Positions 35,949 to 43,872 of a DNA stretch of 64,000 bases are shown here, in pieces; positions within the stretch are counted from its first letter, which is position 1; every line of letters begins with the position of its first letter. Source of the DNA: a virus; the IMG/VR virus record IMGVR_UViG_3300020202_000061, positions 250,950-314,949 of that record, one strand, 5' to 3'. The notes beneath the pieces were generated by a model that saw only the letters and a program-made list of their open reading frames with translations, had not been told where the DNA came from and searched no databases. The position numbers were made by a program, and so were the translations under genes.

Positions 35949-36695
35949 ATGGAGAAAACCCGCTACCGTACCGTGTTTGTTCGGGATACACACCTCGGAA
36001 CCCGTGGGTGCAAAGCGGTGGAATTGGGAAATTTTCTCAGTCGGGTTCAGTGCGACACCCTCTATCTGATCGGCGACATAATCGATTTCTGGAAGTTTCG
36101 TTCCGGGTGGTATTGGCCGAAGGCTCATTCCGAGGTGATTCGTTGTCTCCTGCGTATGCGGATGGACGGAACCCGCCTGATTTACATACCGGGTAATCAT
36201 GACGATCTCCTCCGTCATCTCGACGGAGTTGAGTTCGGCGGATTACGAATTGATGAATCCGTCATTCATGAGTGTCTGGACGGTCGTCGTCTCTGGATCA
36301 CCCACGGAGATCAGTTCGATCCGGTGGTCCGGAACTATCCCTGGCTTGGCATCCTCGGTACGCAACTTCTCGATTTGCTGATCCAGTTCAGTCAATGGCT
36401 GCGCAAGAACAAGCTGATTCCAAAGCTAGGCAAGTTCTCCCTGGCCAATTACGTCGCCGACAAGGGCAAGACCAATACCCGAGTGATCGACAATTTCGAA
36501 CGGGCCATTACCGCCGCGACCAAACGCAAACGCCTGGATGGTGTGGTGTGTGGTCATACCCATCAACCGAAAATTCTTGAAATTAACGAGGTTGTTTACT
36601 ACAATGATGGTGATTGGGTGGAGTCGAATACTGCGCTGGTCGAGCACGTCGATGGGCGTTTCGAATTAACATGCCCGAATGGAAGGAACGCCTGA
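35949..36695 (+). CDS. LpxH-like calcineurin-type metallophosphoesterase
   Basis: SDTHLG…LYLIGDIIDFW…IYIPGNHDD…GHTH metallophosphoesterase motifs in the LpxH arrangement. Confidence 0.7.
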   Translation: MEKTRYRTVFVRDTHLGTRGCKAVELGNFLSRVQCDTLYLIGDIIDFWKFRSGWYWPKAHSEVIRCLLRMRMDGTRLIYIPGNHDDLLRHLDGVEFGGLRIDESVIHECLDGRRLWITHGDQFDPVVRNYPWLGILGTQLLDLLIQFSQWLRKNKLIPKLGKFSLANYVADKGKTNTRVIDNFERAITAATKRKRLDGVVCGHTHQPKILEINEVVYYNDGDWVESNTALVEHVDGRFELTCPNGRNA

Positions 36696-36696
36696 C

Positions 36697-36810
36697 ATGG
36701 TATCGCTAATTTGTGTGATATTGTTTGCGTGGTGGCTGTGTGATCTCGGCCTTCGAATTCTGGAGCATCGTCGCCAGAACAAATTCTGGGAAACTCGTAG
36801 ATCATGGTGA
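36697..36810 (+). CDS. small membrane peptide (37 aa)
   Basis: ATG 36697; hydrophobic; ATGGTGA overlap with the GT4 gene. Confidence 0.3.
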   Translation: MVSLICVILFAWWLCDLGLRILEHRRQNKFWETRRSW

Positions 36811-37796
36811 AGATCGCCATCGTCACCGACGCGTGGGCTCCGCAGATCAACGGGGTTGTCCGCACGCTCCAGGCCACGGTTGAGCACCTGCGAGCGCGAG
36901 ATCATCAAGTCATGGTGATTGAGCCCTCCACATTCCACCAGATCGGTATGCCCACCTACAACGAGATCGCGATCTCATTGTTTCCGGCCGAACAAGTGCA
37001 TCGTCGCCTGGACCAGTTCGAACCTGATCGGATTCACATCGCCACCGAAGGCACGCTGGGTTGGGCTGCACGCGAATATTGTGGACTTGCGGGAATCTCC
37101 TTCACGACGAGTTTCCACACGAACTTTCCCGACTACGCGTGGCATCGTATCCGATTCCCCCGAGCAATTTCCTGGGCGATCCTCCGTGCGTTCCATTCGA
37201 TGGCCCGCAAGGTCCTGGTGAACACTCCGGCTATGGTGGAGGAACTCCATCGTAACGGGATCACCAACACCGCGATGTGGTCACGTGGATCGGATTTCAT
37301 CGGTTACCGCAATCTTCCAGCGGACTTCGAGGTTCTCGCCCTGCCAGCACCCAGGTTTGTTTATGTGGGACGCGTGAGCGTGGAAAAGAACATCGAAGCA
37401 TTCCTCGACGCGAAACTCCCCGGCACCAAGGTGGTGGTCGGGGATGGACCGGCCCGAGAGAAGCTCCAACAGAAATACCCCACGGTGCATTTCCTTGGCT
37501 ACCGCACTGGTCTTGATCTGGCTGGGGCCATCAAGGCGTGCGAGGTCATGGTGTTTCCGAGCCGCACCGACACGTTCGGTTTGGTCATGATCGAGGCCAT
37601 GAGCCTGGGGGTGCCCGTGGCGGCTTATCCCGTGATCGGACCCAAGGATGTGGTCGATCATGGAGTGACCGGGTTCCTCAATGAGGACCTCCGTCTGGCC
37701 GCCCTAAACTGTCTCTGGATGAAGCGTCCGATCCAGTATCCAGAACGTTTCACCTGGGAAACCGCTACGGATCAGTTCGAGGCGGCTTTGGCGTAA
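36804..37796 (+). CDS. glycosyltransferase family 4 (GT-B, group 1)
   Basis: C-terminal FPSRTDTFGLVMIEAMSLGVPVAA (EX7E motif); N-terminal VTDAWAPQINGV. Confidence 0.8.
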   Translation: MVKIAIVTDAWAPQINGVVRTLQATVEHLRARDHQVMVIEPSTFHQIGMPTYNEIAISLFPAEQVHRRLDQFEPDRIHIATEGTLGWAAREYCGLAGISFTTSFHTNFPDYAWHRIRFPRAISWAILRAFHSMARKVLVNTPAMVEELHRNGITNTAMWSRGSDFIGYRNLPADFEVLALPAPRFVYVGRVSVEKNIEAFLDAKLPGTKVVVGDGPAREKLQQKYPTVHFLGYRTGLDLAGAIKACEVMVFPSRTDTFGLVMIEAMSLGVPVAAYPVIGPKDVVDHGVTGFLNEDLRLAALNCLWMKRPIQYPERFTWETATDQFEAALA

Positions 37797-37830
37797 ATAT
37801 TGGAAACCACTCGGTATTCCTGTAAAATGC

Positions 37831-37859
37831 TTGACATTTTCGACATTTTCGAGTATAAT
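37831..37859 (+). promoter_or_regulatory. consensus sigma70 promoter (TTGACA-17-TATAAT) for peptide deformylase
   Basis: TTGACA 37831-37836; TATAAT 37854-37859. Confidence 0.7.
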
Positions 37860-37865
37860 CCTCCG

Positions 37866-38297
37866 ATGCCGTTGAAGCTGATCCCGGACACCGATCCCGT
37901 ATTGCATGAGAAGGCCGAACCCGTTCAGAACGTGAACGAGGAAGTCGAGCCCGTGCTGATGGAAATGATCGCGATCATGGTCCGCGCCGGGGGCGTCGGT
38001 TTGGCCGCGCCCCAGGTCGGAATCAAGAAGCGTTTCTTCATCATCGCCTACGGCGGTCTGACCAACGTCTACATCAATCCGGAGATCGTCAAGTCGGAGC
38101 CCAAAACCGTCAATATGGTGGAGGGTTGCCTGAGTTATCCCGGTCAGAATCGTGAAATTGTTCGTCACGAGCGCATCCGCGTGGCCTACACCACGATCAC
38201 TGGAGAGCACAAGTCTCACTACGTGAATGGGATGATGGCCCGCATCTTCCAGCACGAACTCGATCACCTTGATGGAATTGTTTTCTTGGAACGATAA
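37866..38297 (+). CDS. def: peptide deformylase
   Basis: motif 1 GVGLAAPQVG, motif 2 EGCLS, motif 3 HELDHLDG. Confidence 0.85.
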   Translation: MPLKLIPDTDPVLHEKAEPVQNVNEEVEPVLMEMIAIMVRAGGVGLAAPQVGIKKRFFIIAYGGLTNVYINPEIVKSEPKTVNMVEGCLSYPGQNREIVRHERIRVAYTTITGEHKSHYVNGMMARIFQHELDHLDGIVFLER

Positions 38298-38302
38298 AAC
38301 TC

Positions 38303-38331
38303 TTGACAACCTAGGGGTCTGAGAGTATCTC
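38303..38331 (+). promoter_or_regulatory. sigma70-like promoter
   Basis: TTGACA 38303-38308; spacer acctaggggtctgagag; TATCTC. Confidence 0.5.
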
Positions 38332-38337
38332 GGGGTT

Positions 38338-39219
38338 ATGAGAAGAGCACAAGGCGGTCAATTCGTCTACGAGGGTGGGCAAGTCATCGGCTTGGAGTTC
38401 GGCGCGGATTACGTGGCCGAACACGAATGCGGGATCGAGGACCTACAGCACGAATTCGGTATCCCACTGAGACCGACCTGGACCGAATTCGGAATCGAGG
38501 CTCGTCGTATCACCAATGTCCCGGAACGTCTGTCCTTGCTGGACTGGGACGCGAGGGGGACGATGCATCGAGGCATCATCTTCGACGACTACCGCTCCTA
38601 CAAGCATCGCCTGGACAAGGCTCAGATCGATTCCCTGCAACTGTCCGACCCCAAGGACAACTGGTGGAGGAACTCGCCTCCGCCGGAATCCCGATTGATC
38701 ACGGCTTGGAAACGAAATTCGTTTGGATTTCTCGTTCATACCGAAACGCTAGGTCGGGACATCCTCGCAATCAGTGATCTCTACGACGCGTTCCTGACCA
38801 TGGACCTTGCCATGTGGGCCAGTGGTAACCAACTCAGCGGCTCCATGCTCCGTGGGGGTCTGGTCCTGGCCATCGTGAGTCGAGTGCCCGAGAAGTTTCG
38901 CGAACACCTAAAGGATCAGGATCAGAACCAACTCGCCCTGGATGAGGCCGCGCACCTGACCGGTCTGGTCCAACGTGTGAATGAGGCCCGAGGGCAGCGT
39001 CAATGGCCGGATTGGTCACCATTCGCCCATTTCTCACTACGCCCTGCATGGGTTGCGCAGAAGCAATCCGCACTGAACGGAGCCGAAACCACCTACCCGG
39101 TGTGTTTCTGGTTGAATCCGCTCGATCAGAAAAACCAGAAGGCCGGATACTACACAGTGGAGCAACTCGATGAGTGGCTTGCCGGTCGTGGTCCGGTCTA
39201 CAGAGAGGTCACCCAGTGA
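38338..39219 (+). CDS. hypothetical protein
   Basis: ORF 293 aa. Confidence 0.55.
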   Translation: MRRAQGGQFVYEGGQVIGLEFGADYVAEHECGIEDLQHEFGIPLRPTWTEFGIEARRITNVPERLSLLDWDARGTMHRGIIFDDYRSYKHRLDKAQIDSLQLSDPKDNWWRNSPPPESRLITAWKRNSFGFLVHTETLGRDILAISDLYDAFLTMDLAMWASGNQLSGSMLRGGLVLAIVSRVPEKFREHLKDQDQNQLALDEAAHLTGLVQRVNEARGQRQWPDWSPFAHFSLRPAWVAQKQSALNGAETTYPVCFWLNPLDQKNQKAGYYTVEQLDEWLAGRGPVYREVTQ

Positions 39220-39683
39220 AGGTTGAAGTCATCCACGAGGACAAGTTTTGGATCGAGCTACCCACCCGTGACGGTAATGTCCGAGTGGATGCCATGGCTC
39301 TGTTCGAGGACCTACCGAATGTTCCGGCCGGTCAGAAGCGTCAGGAGTGGACCACGAAGAACTTCCTCGATGACGAGCAACTGTACGCGTTGGATCAGAA
39401 TGGTATTATCGAGTGGTCTGAATATTCCTGCACGTGTCGTCGTGGCCTCTGGTTCGACATGTTCCTGCGGGACCTCGGCAATGCCCTGCGCGAGAAGCGC
39501 AACCTCCACACTCATGATGGGGGGCCGAACGATTTCACCAACGCCGTGCACTGTCTGATCGTGAGCATGATCGAGCGCGGTGTGGATGAGAAGGAACCCT
39601 GGTTCGGACAGGACTTCCTGCACGTGCAGAAGCTGCTCGAATCCATGGGTCGCCCCTGTAAGGTTGAGGAGCGCACCGAGTGA
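39216..39683 (+). CDS. hypothetical protein
   Basis: GTG 39216 overlapping upstream TGA. Confidence 0.5.
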   Translation: MKVEVIHEDKFWIELPTRDGNVRVDAMALFEDLPNVPAGQKRQEWTTKNFLDDEQLYALDQNGIIEWSEYSCTCRRGLWFDMFLRDLGNALREKRNLHTHDGGPNDFTNAVHCLIVSMIERGVDEKEPWFGQDFLHVQKLLESMGRPCKVEERTE

Positions 39684-39937
39684 AGTTCTACGATCCCATC
39701 CGAGAGAAGCCCAAGGTGTCTGAGTGGCATCGCGTGTTTGCGTGGTTGCCCATCCGCATCCAGGATTATTGGGTCTGGATGGAAACCTACGAGCAACGTC
39801 TGTGTTCGTTCAGGAAACCCGATCATTACTCCACCACGTATTGGTGGGAATTCCGCACCGTCGTGAAACCCTACGCGACCAGCCAGCCGAGGGTAATCGT
39901 CACGTCTGGTCCTTCCCAGGAATGCAGTGATTTCTGA
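39680..39937 (+). CDS. hypothetical protein
   Basis: ORF 85 aa, GTG start. Confidence 0.4.
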   Translation: MKFYDPIREKPKVSEWHRVFAWLPIRIQDYWVWMETYEQRLCSFRKPDHYSTTYWWEFRTVVKPYATSQPRVIVTSGPSQECSDF

Positions 39938-40275
39938 TGCTGGTAAACCTGATCGATGCGCGGTCGAATCGCTACGATGTCCATTGTGATGCGGAGCTTC
40001 GACCATCCTGGTTGGACAACGGATTGCCCGGCGCAACGCAATTCCCGGTGATCCGACCGAACACGGACATGGCCAAGCCCATGTTGTCTCTGCACATGCC
40101 CAACACCTGCTTGATCGAGATCATCAACCTCTGCCAGACCCTGGGATTTCCGGTCACCGCATATCTCTATGATCGGGGAACTCAGACCCGAATCCAGACC
40201 GAATACAAGCAGGTCGAAACCCTTCTGGAGCAGACAACCACAGAGAAAATCAACGCTCCAGAAAAAACCTCTTGA
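39937..40275 (+). CDS. hypothetical protein
   Basis: ORF 112 aa. Confidence 0.45.
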   Translation: MLVNLIDARSNRYDVHCDAELRPSWLDNGLPGATQFPVIRPNTDMAKPMLSLHMPNTCLIEIINLCQTLGFPVTAYLYDRGTQTRIQTEYKQVETLLEQTTTEKINAPEKTS

Positions 40276-40300
40276 CTTCCCGAACGGTTTCCCCTAAATA
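40272..40300 (+). promoter_or_regulatory. sigma70-like promoter of the main tRNA operon
   Basis: TTGACT 40272-40277; spacer tcccgaacggtttcccc; TAAATA 40295-40300. Confidence 0.65.
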
Positions 40301-40304
40301 CCCA

Positions 40305-40542
40305 TCACAAGCGGTGCCCAGCGGAGATGGTTGGGAGTAATTAAATGGTGAGTAATCATCAGCCGCTTCAACTTTTGAGGAACGAGTTACCACAATGACC
40401 CTGATTCGACGCAAACGAAAGATTAGCGCCTAATCACTCCGTCAGTCCACGGAGTGGTTCTAGGCTCCGTGGGTAATGGTACTCTCCCTAACTCCCACCT
40501 AAATCTGAGATAGGACGCCCCCACAAGGGGTTGTTGCTGTTT
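40305..40542 (+). ncRNA. structured leader of about 240 nt upstream of the tRNA cluster (function unknown)
   Basis: lies between promoter and first tRNA; mutually exclusive hairpins actccgt/acggagt versus ccacggag/ctccgtgg; long-range aagcgg/ccgctt pairing; cccc-acaa-gggg hairpin. Confidence 0.35.
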
Positions 40543-40619
40543 GTTCCCGTAGCTCAACTGGATAGAGCACCAGACTACGAATCTGGCGGTTGGGGGTTCG
40601 ACTCCCTCCGGGAACGCCA
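40543..40619 (+). tRNA. tRNA-Arg (ACG)
   Basis: acceptor gttcccg/cgggaac; D-arm tagctcaactggatagagc; anticodon stem ccaga/tctgg with loop ctACGaa; T-arm gggggttcgactccctc; CCA. Confidence 0.85.
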
Positions 40620-40638
40620 CAGCACCTATCGACCACAT

Positions 40639-40715
40639 GATCCTGTAGCTCATCGGACAAGAGCGCCGTCGTGCGAAGGCGGAGGTAGTGGGTTCGATTC
40701 CCACCTGGATCGCCA
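40639..40715 (+). tRNA. tRNA-Arg (GCG)
   Basis: acceptor gatcctg/ctggatc (one T·T mismatch); anticodon stem ccgtc/ggcgg with loop gtGCGaa; T-arm gtgggttcgattcccac; CCA. Confidence 0.7.
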
Positions 40716-40725
40716 AGTAAACCGA

Positions 40726-40798
40726 GACCCAGTAGCTCAATGGAGAGAGCACCGTCGTTCGAAGGCGGGAGATAGAGGTTCAAGTCCTCTTTGGGTCG
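40726..40798 (+). tRNA. tRNA-Arg (TCG)
   Basis: acceptor gacccag/ttgggtc; anticodon stem ccgtc/ggcgg with loop gtTCGaa; T-arm agaggttcaagtcctct; no encoded CCA. Confidence 0.75.
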
Positions 40799-40834
40799 CT
40801 AACGAGGAATAGTCCCGTGTACAACATCAAGGAG

Positions 40835-41032
40835 ATGGTCAAAGACAAACGCGTGAAGTTCGATTTCTACAGGGCCGGAGAACTCTGGTACATCACGGAG
40901 TGTGGCTTCCGCTTTCCGGTTCCGATCAGCGACACCGGAGATGCGGTGTTCAAGTCGGAGGATAAGGCGATCTTGTTCATGCGTTGGATCAGAAAGCACG
41001 TCGCGTCGTGTGAGGAAGGCGCGAAAGGGTAA
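40835..41032 (+). CDS. hypothetical protein embedded in the tRNA cluster
   Basis: ATG 40835 preceded by RBS aaggag within ORF 40817..41032; 65 aa. Confidence 0.45.
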   Translation: MVKDKRVKFDFYRAGELWYITECGFRFPVPISDTGDAVFKSEDKAILFMRWIRKHVASCEEGAKG

Positions 41033-41039
41033 TTGGAGT

Positions 41040-41114
41040 GGGCCGGTAGCTCAGAGGCAGAGCAGCATCCTCTTAAGTTGACGGTCGTGGGTTCGATTCC
41101 CACCCGGCCCTCCA
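41040..41114 (+). tRNA. tRNA-Lys (CTT)-like
   Basis: perfect acceptor gggccgg/ccggccc; D-arm tagctcagaggcagagc; T-arm gtgggttcgattcccac; CCA; anticodon loop ctCTTaa but anticodon stem only 3 of 5 bp (gcatc/gttga). Confidence 0.6.
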
Positions 41115-41119
41115 AATTC

Positions 41120-41195
41120 GCCAGATTACAGTTTAGTGGTAGAACACGCGGCCGATAACCGTGGAGCGGGGGTTCGATTCCCTCATCTGGCACCA
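41120..41195 (+). tRNA. tRNA with anticodon GAT (Ile-type) and atypical features
   Basis: 76 nt; acceptor gccagat/atctggc; CCA; anticodon stem cgcgg/ccgtg with loop ccGATaa (C33); 2-nt insertion before D-stem gttt/gaac. Confidence 0.6.
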
Positions 41196-41196
41196 A

Positions 41197-41279
41197 GGGC
41201 ACGGAGCTTTAGAGCCGACAGGAAAGGCAAGAGACTCTTACTCTCCCAGCATGGGGTTCGACTCCTCCCGTGCCCGCCA
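41197..41279 (+). tRNA. non-canonical 83-nt tRNA-like gene (8-bp acceptor, 4-bp T-stem, expanded D region) with Lys-type anticodon loop ctCTTac
   Basis: acceptor gggcacgg/ccgtgccc (8 bp); disc g + CCA; T-arm ggggttcgactcctc; D region 24 nt with hairpin gcc-gacaggaaa-ggc; anticodon stem gaga/tctc. Confidence 0.5.
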
Positions 41280-41280
41280 A

Positions 41281-41355
41281 GGTGGATTCTGTCTAATGGT
41301 AGGACGCGCGCCTGATGAGCGTGAAGTAGAGGTTCGATTCCTCTATCCACCACCA
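41281..41355 (+). tRNA. tRNA with anticodon GAT (G37)
   Basis: acceptor ggtggat/atccacc; CCA; anticodon stem cgcgc/gcgtg with loop ctGATga; T-arm agaggttcgattcctct. Confidence 0.65.
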
Positions 41356-41356
41356 A

Positions 41357-41432
41357 GGACCTGTAGCTGAGAGGTTTAGCGGCTGGCTTTTACCCAGCGT
41401 CAACGGGAGTTCGATTCTCTCCAGGTCCACCC
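41357..41432 (+). tRNA. tRNA-Lys (TTT)
   Basis: acceptor ggacctg/caggtcc; anticodon stem gctgg/ccagc with loop ctTTTac; T-arm gggagttcgattctctc. Confidence 0.75.
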
Positions 41433-41446
41433 AGTTTCCCAGTAAT

Positions 41447-41530
41447 GGGCCGCGAGAGTATAGCAGTACAGGAATCTGCACCGGGCTTTTAATCCGGCCT
41501 CAAGGGGTTCGACTCCTCCGTGGCTCGCCA
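41447..41530 (+). tRNA. non-canonical 84-nt tRNA-like gene (8/4 architecture, expanded D region) with anticodon loop ctTTTaa; paralog of the 41197 gene
   Basis: acceptor gggccgcg/cgtggctc (8 bp, two G·U); g + CCA; identical T-arm ggggttcgactcctc; D hairpin gcag-tacaggaat-ctgc; anticodon stem ccggg/tccgg. Confidence 0.5.
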
Positions 41531-41534
41531 ATTG

Positions 41535-41578
41535 AAAAACCCCCGAAGTTTCCCATCTTGGAAACACGGGGGTTTTCT
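41535..41578 (+). terminator. rho-independent terminator closing the tRNA operon
   Basis: aaaaaCCCCCG…(nested hairpin gtttcc/ggaaac)…CGGGGGTTTTct. Confidence 0.6.
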
Positions 41579-41579
41579 C

Positions 41580-41903
41580 ATGACCTGGAAAACATTTTGG
41601 ATTTGCATGACCGTTTGTGTCTGCGGCGTGCTCGGAGTGACTGCGTGGACTATAAGGGCAGAGCGTTCTGACCCGGTGGAGCAGAACGTGAAATGCCTCA
41701 ACGTAATGGATCAACTCGACTCACTCGCCCAACAGGGTCAGCGAAAGATCGTCATGTTCCAGATCGGCAAACCCATGACCGACGTGGAGATGATCGTGGG
41801 CGATCCCGAGGAGGGCGACTGGACCCGCGTAATCGTGCACCAGGATGCGTCCGCGTGTATTGTCGAGTCGGGGAGGGGTTTGCTTTTGCCAACCCCAGAA
41901 TAA
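41580..41903 (+). CDS. hypothetical membrane-anchored protein
   Basis: ATG 41580 immediately after the terminator T-tract; TM TFWICMTVCVCGVLGVTAW; start uncertain. Confidence 0.4.
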   Translation: MTWKTFWICMTVCVCGVLGVTAWTIRAERSDPVEQNVKCLNVMDQLDSLAQQGQRKIVMFQIGKPMTDVEMIVGDPEEGDWTRVIVHQDASACIVESGRGLLLPTPE

Positions 41904-41907
41904 AGCC

Positions 41908-41936
41908 TTGACAGAACTCCGGGGAATCCCCATAAT
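41908..41936 (+). promoter_or_regulatory. sigma70-like promoter driving tRNA-Arg (CCG)
   Basis: TTGACA 41908-41913; spacer gaactccggggaatccc; CATAAT. Confidence 0.6.
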
Positions 41937-41942
41937 TCAGGC

Positions 41943-42020
41943 GTCCTCGTAGCTCAATTGGATCAGAGCGTTACTTTCCGAAGGTAGAGGTTGTGGGTTC
42001 GAGCCCCGCCGAGGACGCCA
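41943..42020 (+). tRNA. tRNA-Arg (CCG)
   Basis: acceptor gtcctcg/cgaggac; D-arm tagctcaattggatcagagc; anticodon stem ttact/ggtag with loop ttCCGaa; T-arm gtgggttcgagccccgc; CCA. Confidence 0.8.
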
Positions 42021-42021
42021 A

Positions 42022-42345
42022 ATGATCAAGTTGATTCTCACCTGCGGCGCATGCCCCGAACAGTATGACGCATTCCTGGGCGAAGAGCGCGTAGGTTACC
42101 TCCGTCTGCGCCATGGCCGTTTCTACGTGGAATGCCCGGACTCGGGCGGTCTGCGCGTGTATGAGGCCACACCCAAGGGCGATGGCCTCTTCGACTCGGA
42201 CGAGCGCGACTATTATCTGGCCCACGCCGTGGCCGCCATCGAGGGCTGGATTGCCAGCGGCAAACCGACCCAGATCGGACAGCCCCCGCGCCCGAACGTG
42301 CAGTATGAGATCGTGGGTGTTGCTGAGGAATGGGGCATCTATTGA
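42022..42345 (+). CDS. hypothetical protein
   Basis: ATG 2 nt after the tRNA CCA; 107 aa. Confidence 0.5.
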   Translation: MIKLILTCGACPEQYDAFLGEERVGYLRLRHGRFYVECPDSGGLRVYEATPKGDGLFDSDERDYYLAHAVAAIEGWIASGKPTQIGQPPRPNVQYEIVGVAEEWGIY

Positions 42346-42572
42346 TGACCTGGGCAAATCGACTTGGTATTCCAACCGCAGTGATTCTGTTCCTGTTAGC
42401 GCAGTGGGCCAACTACGATTACCTGCACGATGTACCGGTCTCGCATTGGGGCGCGATCAACGGGTGGTTCGTCCTGATTTACACGACCATCGCATTTCCT
42501 GGATTTGGGTATCTAATGCTCGGTCTGCTTGGACACTGCATTGACCTTTACCTACAAAGGAAATCCAAATGA
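42345..42572 (+). CDS. small membrane protein
   Basis: ATGA-coupled; two TM helices. Confidence 0.45.
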   Translation: MTWANRLGIPTAVILFLLAQWANYDYLHDVPVSHWGAINGWFVLIYTTIAFPGFGYLMLGLLGHCIDLYLQRKSK

Positions 42573-42805
42573 TGTGGTTCCGTGATAGCCTCTCAGCCAT
42601 CGGGTTTGGTGCTGGTCTGGGTCTGAGCATCATCATGGTTTCTCTGATCTACCCGCAGATTCCACAGGGATCACCGGATGAGATTCGTCCCCAACTGGTT
42701 CTGACCATGGTCGCTCTCGCCGTGGGTCCGGCTATCGTCCTGAGCATCACCGGATGGTTTTTGGGCTGGATCGGGGACAAGCTCCTGGGTCTATTCACGC
42801 GATGA
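42569..42805 (+). CDS. small membrane protein
   Basis: ORF 78 aa, two TM helices. Confidence 0.45.
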   Translation: MMWFRDSLSAIGFGAGLGLSIIMVSLIYPQIPQGSPDEIRPQLVLTMVALAVGPAIVLSITGWFLGWIGDKLLGLFTR

Positions 42806-43365
42806 GAATCTACACGATCAAAGAGGTTCCAGTCACCCAGGAGCACGGAAACTGGCATCGAGTTTTCCATATCAGTTTCAACGAGGTCTCGATCCCCAAT
42901 TATGGTGAATTCGACGACTGGCTTCGTCGTGTTGTCGCGGCCAAGCGTGATGGCGGCATCATAGGTCCGATGGATTACTACTATGTGCTGCTGGCCCACT
43001 ATCAGGGTTGGGTTTCCTGCAATGGATATTCGGGATCATTAGGTGATAGCGGACCTCGCTTGACCCATTACGAACTTCGCTGTCACCAACCACTGGCTGA
43101 GTTGTTCCTCCAGGTCTACTCACTTCCACAGGAAGAGTATGATCGGAATATCAAATACCTCAGGGATCGAGAGAATCGTGGTCGTGGATATTTTGACACC
43201 AACGAGGAGGTATTCTCATACGGTGATGTGGAGAAACTCGTGGCCGCCCATCGTGGGGAAATCCGAACCCTGGAGGAACAGCGTGCGGATTACGAAGCGG
43301 CCGAGAAGATTCGCCGCAAAAACGCTCGAAAACCCCGCAAAAAATCCCGTAGACAATCCCGATAA
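42802..43365 (+). CDS. hypothetical protein with basic C-terminal tail
   Basis: ATG 42802; 187 aa; KIRRKNARKPRKKSRRQSR tail. Confidence 0.5.
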   Translation: MRIYTIKEVPVTQEHGNWHRVFHISFNEVSIPNYGEFDDWLRRVVAAKRDGGIIGPMDYYYVLLAHYQGWVSCNGYSGSLGDSGPRLTHYELRCHQPLAELFLQVYSLPQEEYDRNIKYLRDRENRGRGYFDTNEEVFSYGDVEKLVAAHRGEIRTLEEQRADYEAAEKIRRKNARKPRKKSRRQSR

Positions 43366-43384
43366 TCTGTGTTAGGATCGGGAA

Positions 43385-43687
43385 ATGATCCAGGCAGAGG
43401 ACCTCATCCAGGAAGGATATTGGCGGAAGCACTACCATACGTTGGTGGATGACTTCTACGGCCGAGTTGCCCATTCCAACGACACTTTGGGCCGCATCAA
43501 GAAGCAGGCCCGCGAGGACGGCATCGATCCACGTCCGTTGCTGGCTCCGCTGCTCACGGAGAACACTCAGTTCGATATCGAGTGCAAGGCCCGCGCTCTG
43601 CGGGTTGTCCAGATCGGCGCAGATGCGCTGACCCAGCTTGGTTTCACCCTGGAACAGGTGCGAGAGGCATACAAGTCATGGGCATGA
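43385..43687 (+). CDS. hypothetical protein
   Basis: ORF 100 aa. Confidence 0.45.
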   Translation: MIQAEDLIQEGYWRKHYHTLVDDFYGRVAHSNDTLGRIKKQAREDGIDPRPLLAPLLTENTQFDIECKARALRVVQIGADALTQLGFTLEQVREAYKSWA

Positions 43688-43872
43688 GTTCAGCCGAAAT
43701 GGATTGGCAACCCATCGAGACTGCACCCGAAGGGGTGCTGCTCTGGACCAAGATCGGTGACGCGATAGGTGTGCGTAACGAGCAGCACCTGATCCGCCAG
43801 GGCAATCTCTGGTTCATCCCGGACAGGTCGATGTACGTCTACTATACCCCAACGCACTGGAAAATCAGATGA
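43678..43872 (+). CDS. hypothetical small protein (DUF551-like WxPIETAP segment)
   Basis: ATG 43678; DWQPIETAPEGVLLWTK. Confidence 0.4.
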   Translation: MGMSSAEMDWQPIETAPEGVLLWTKIGDAIGVRNEQHLIRQGNLWFIPDRSMYVYYTPTHWKIR

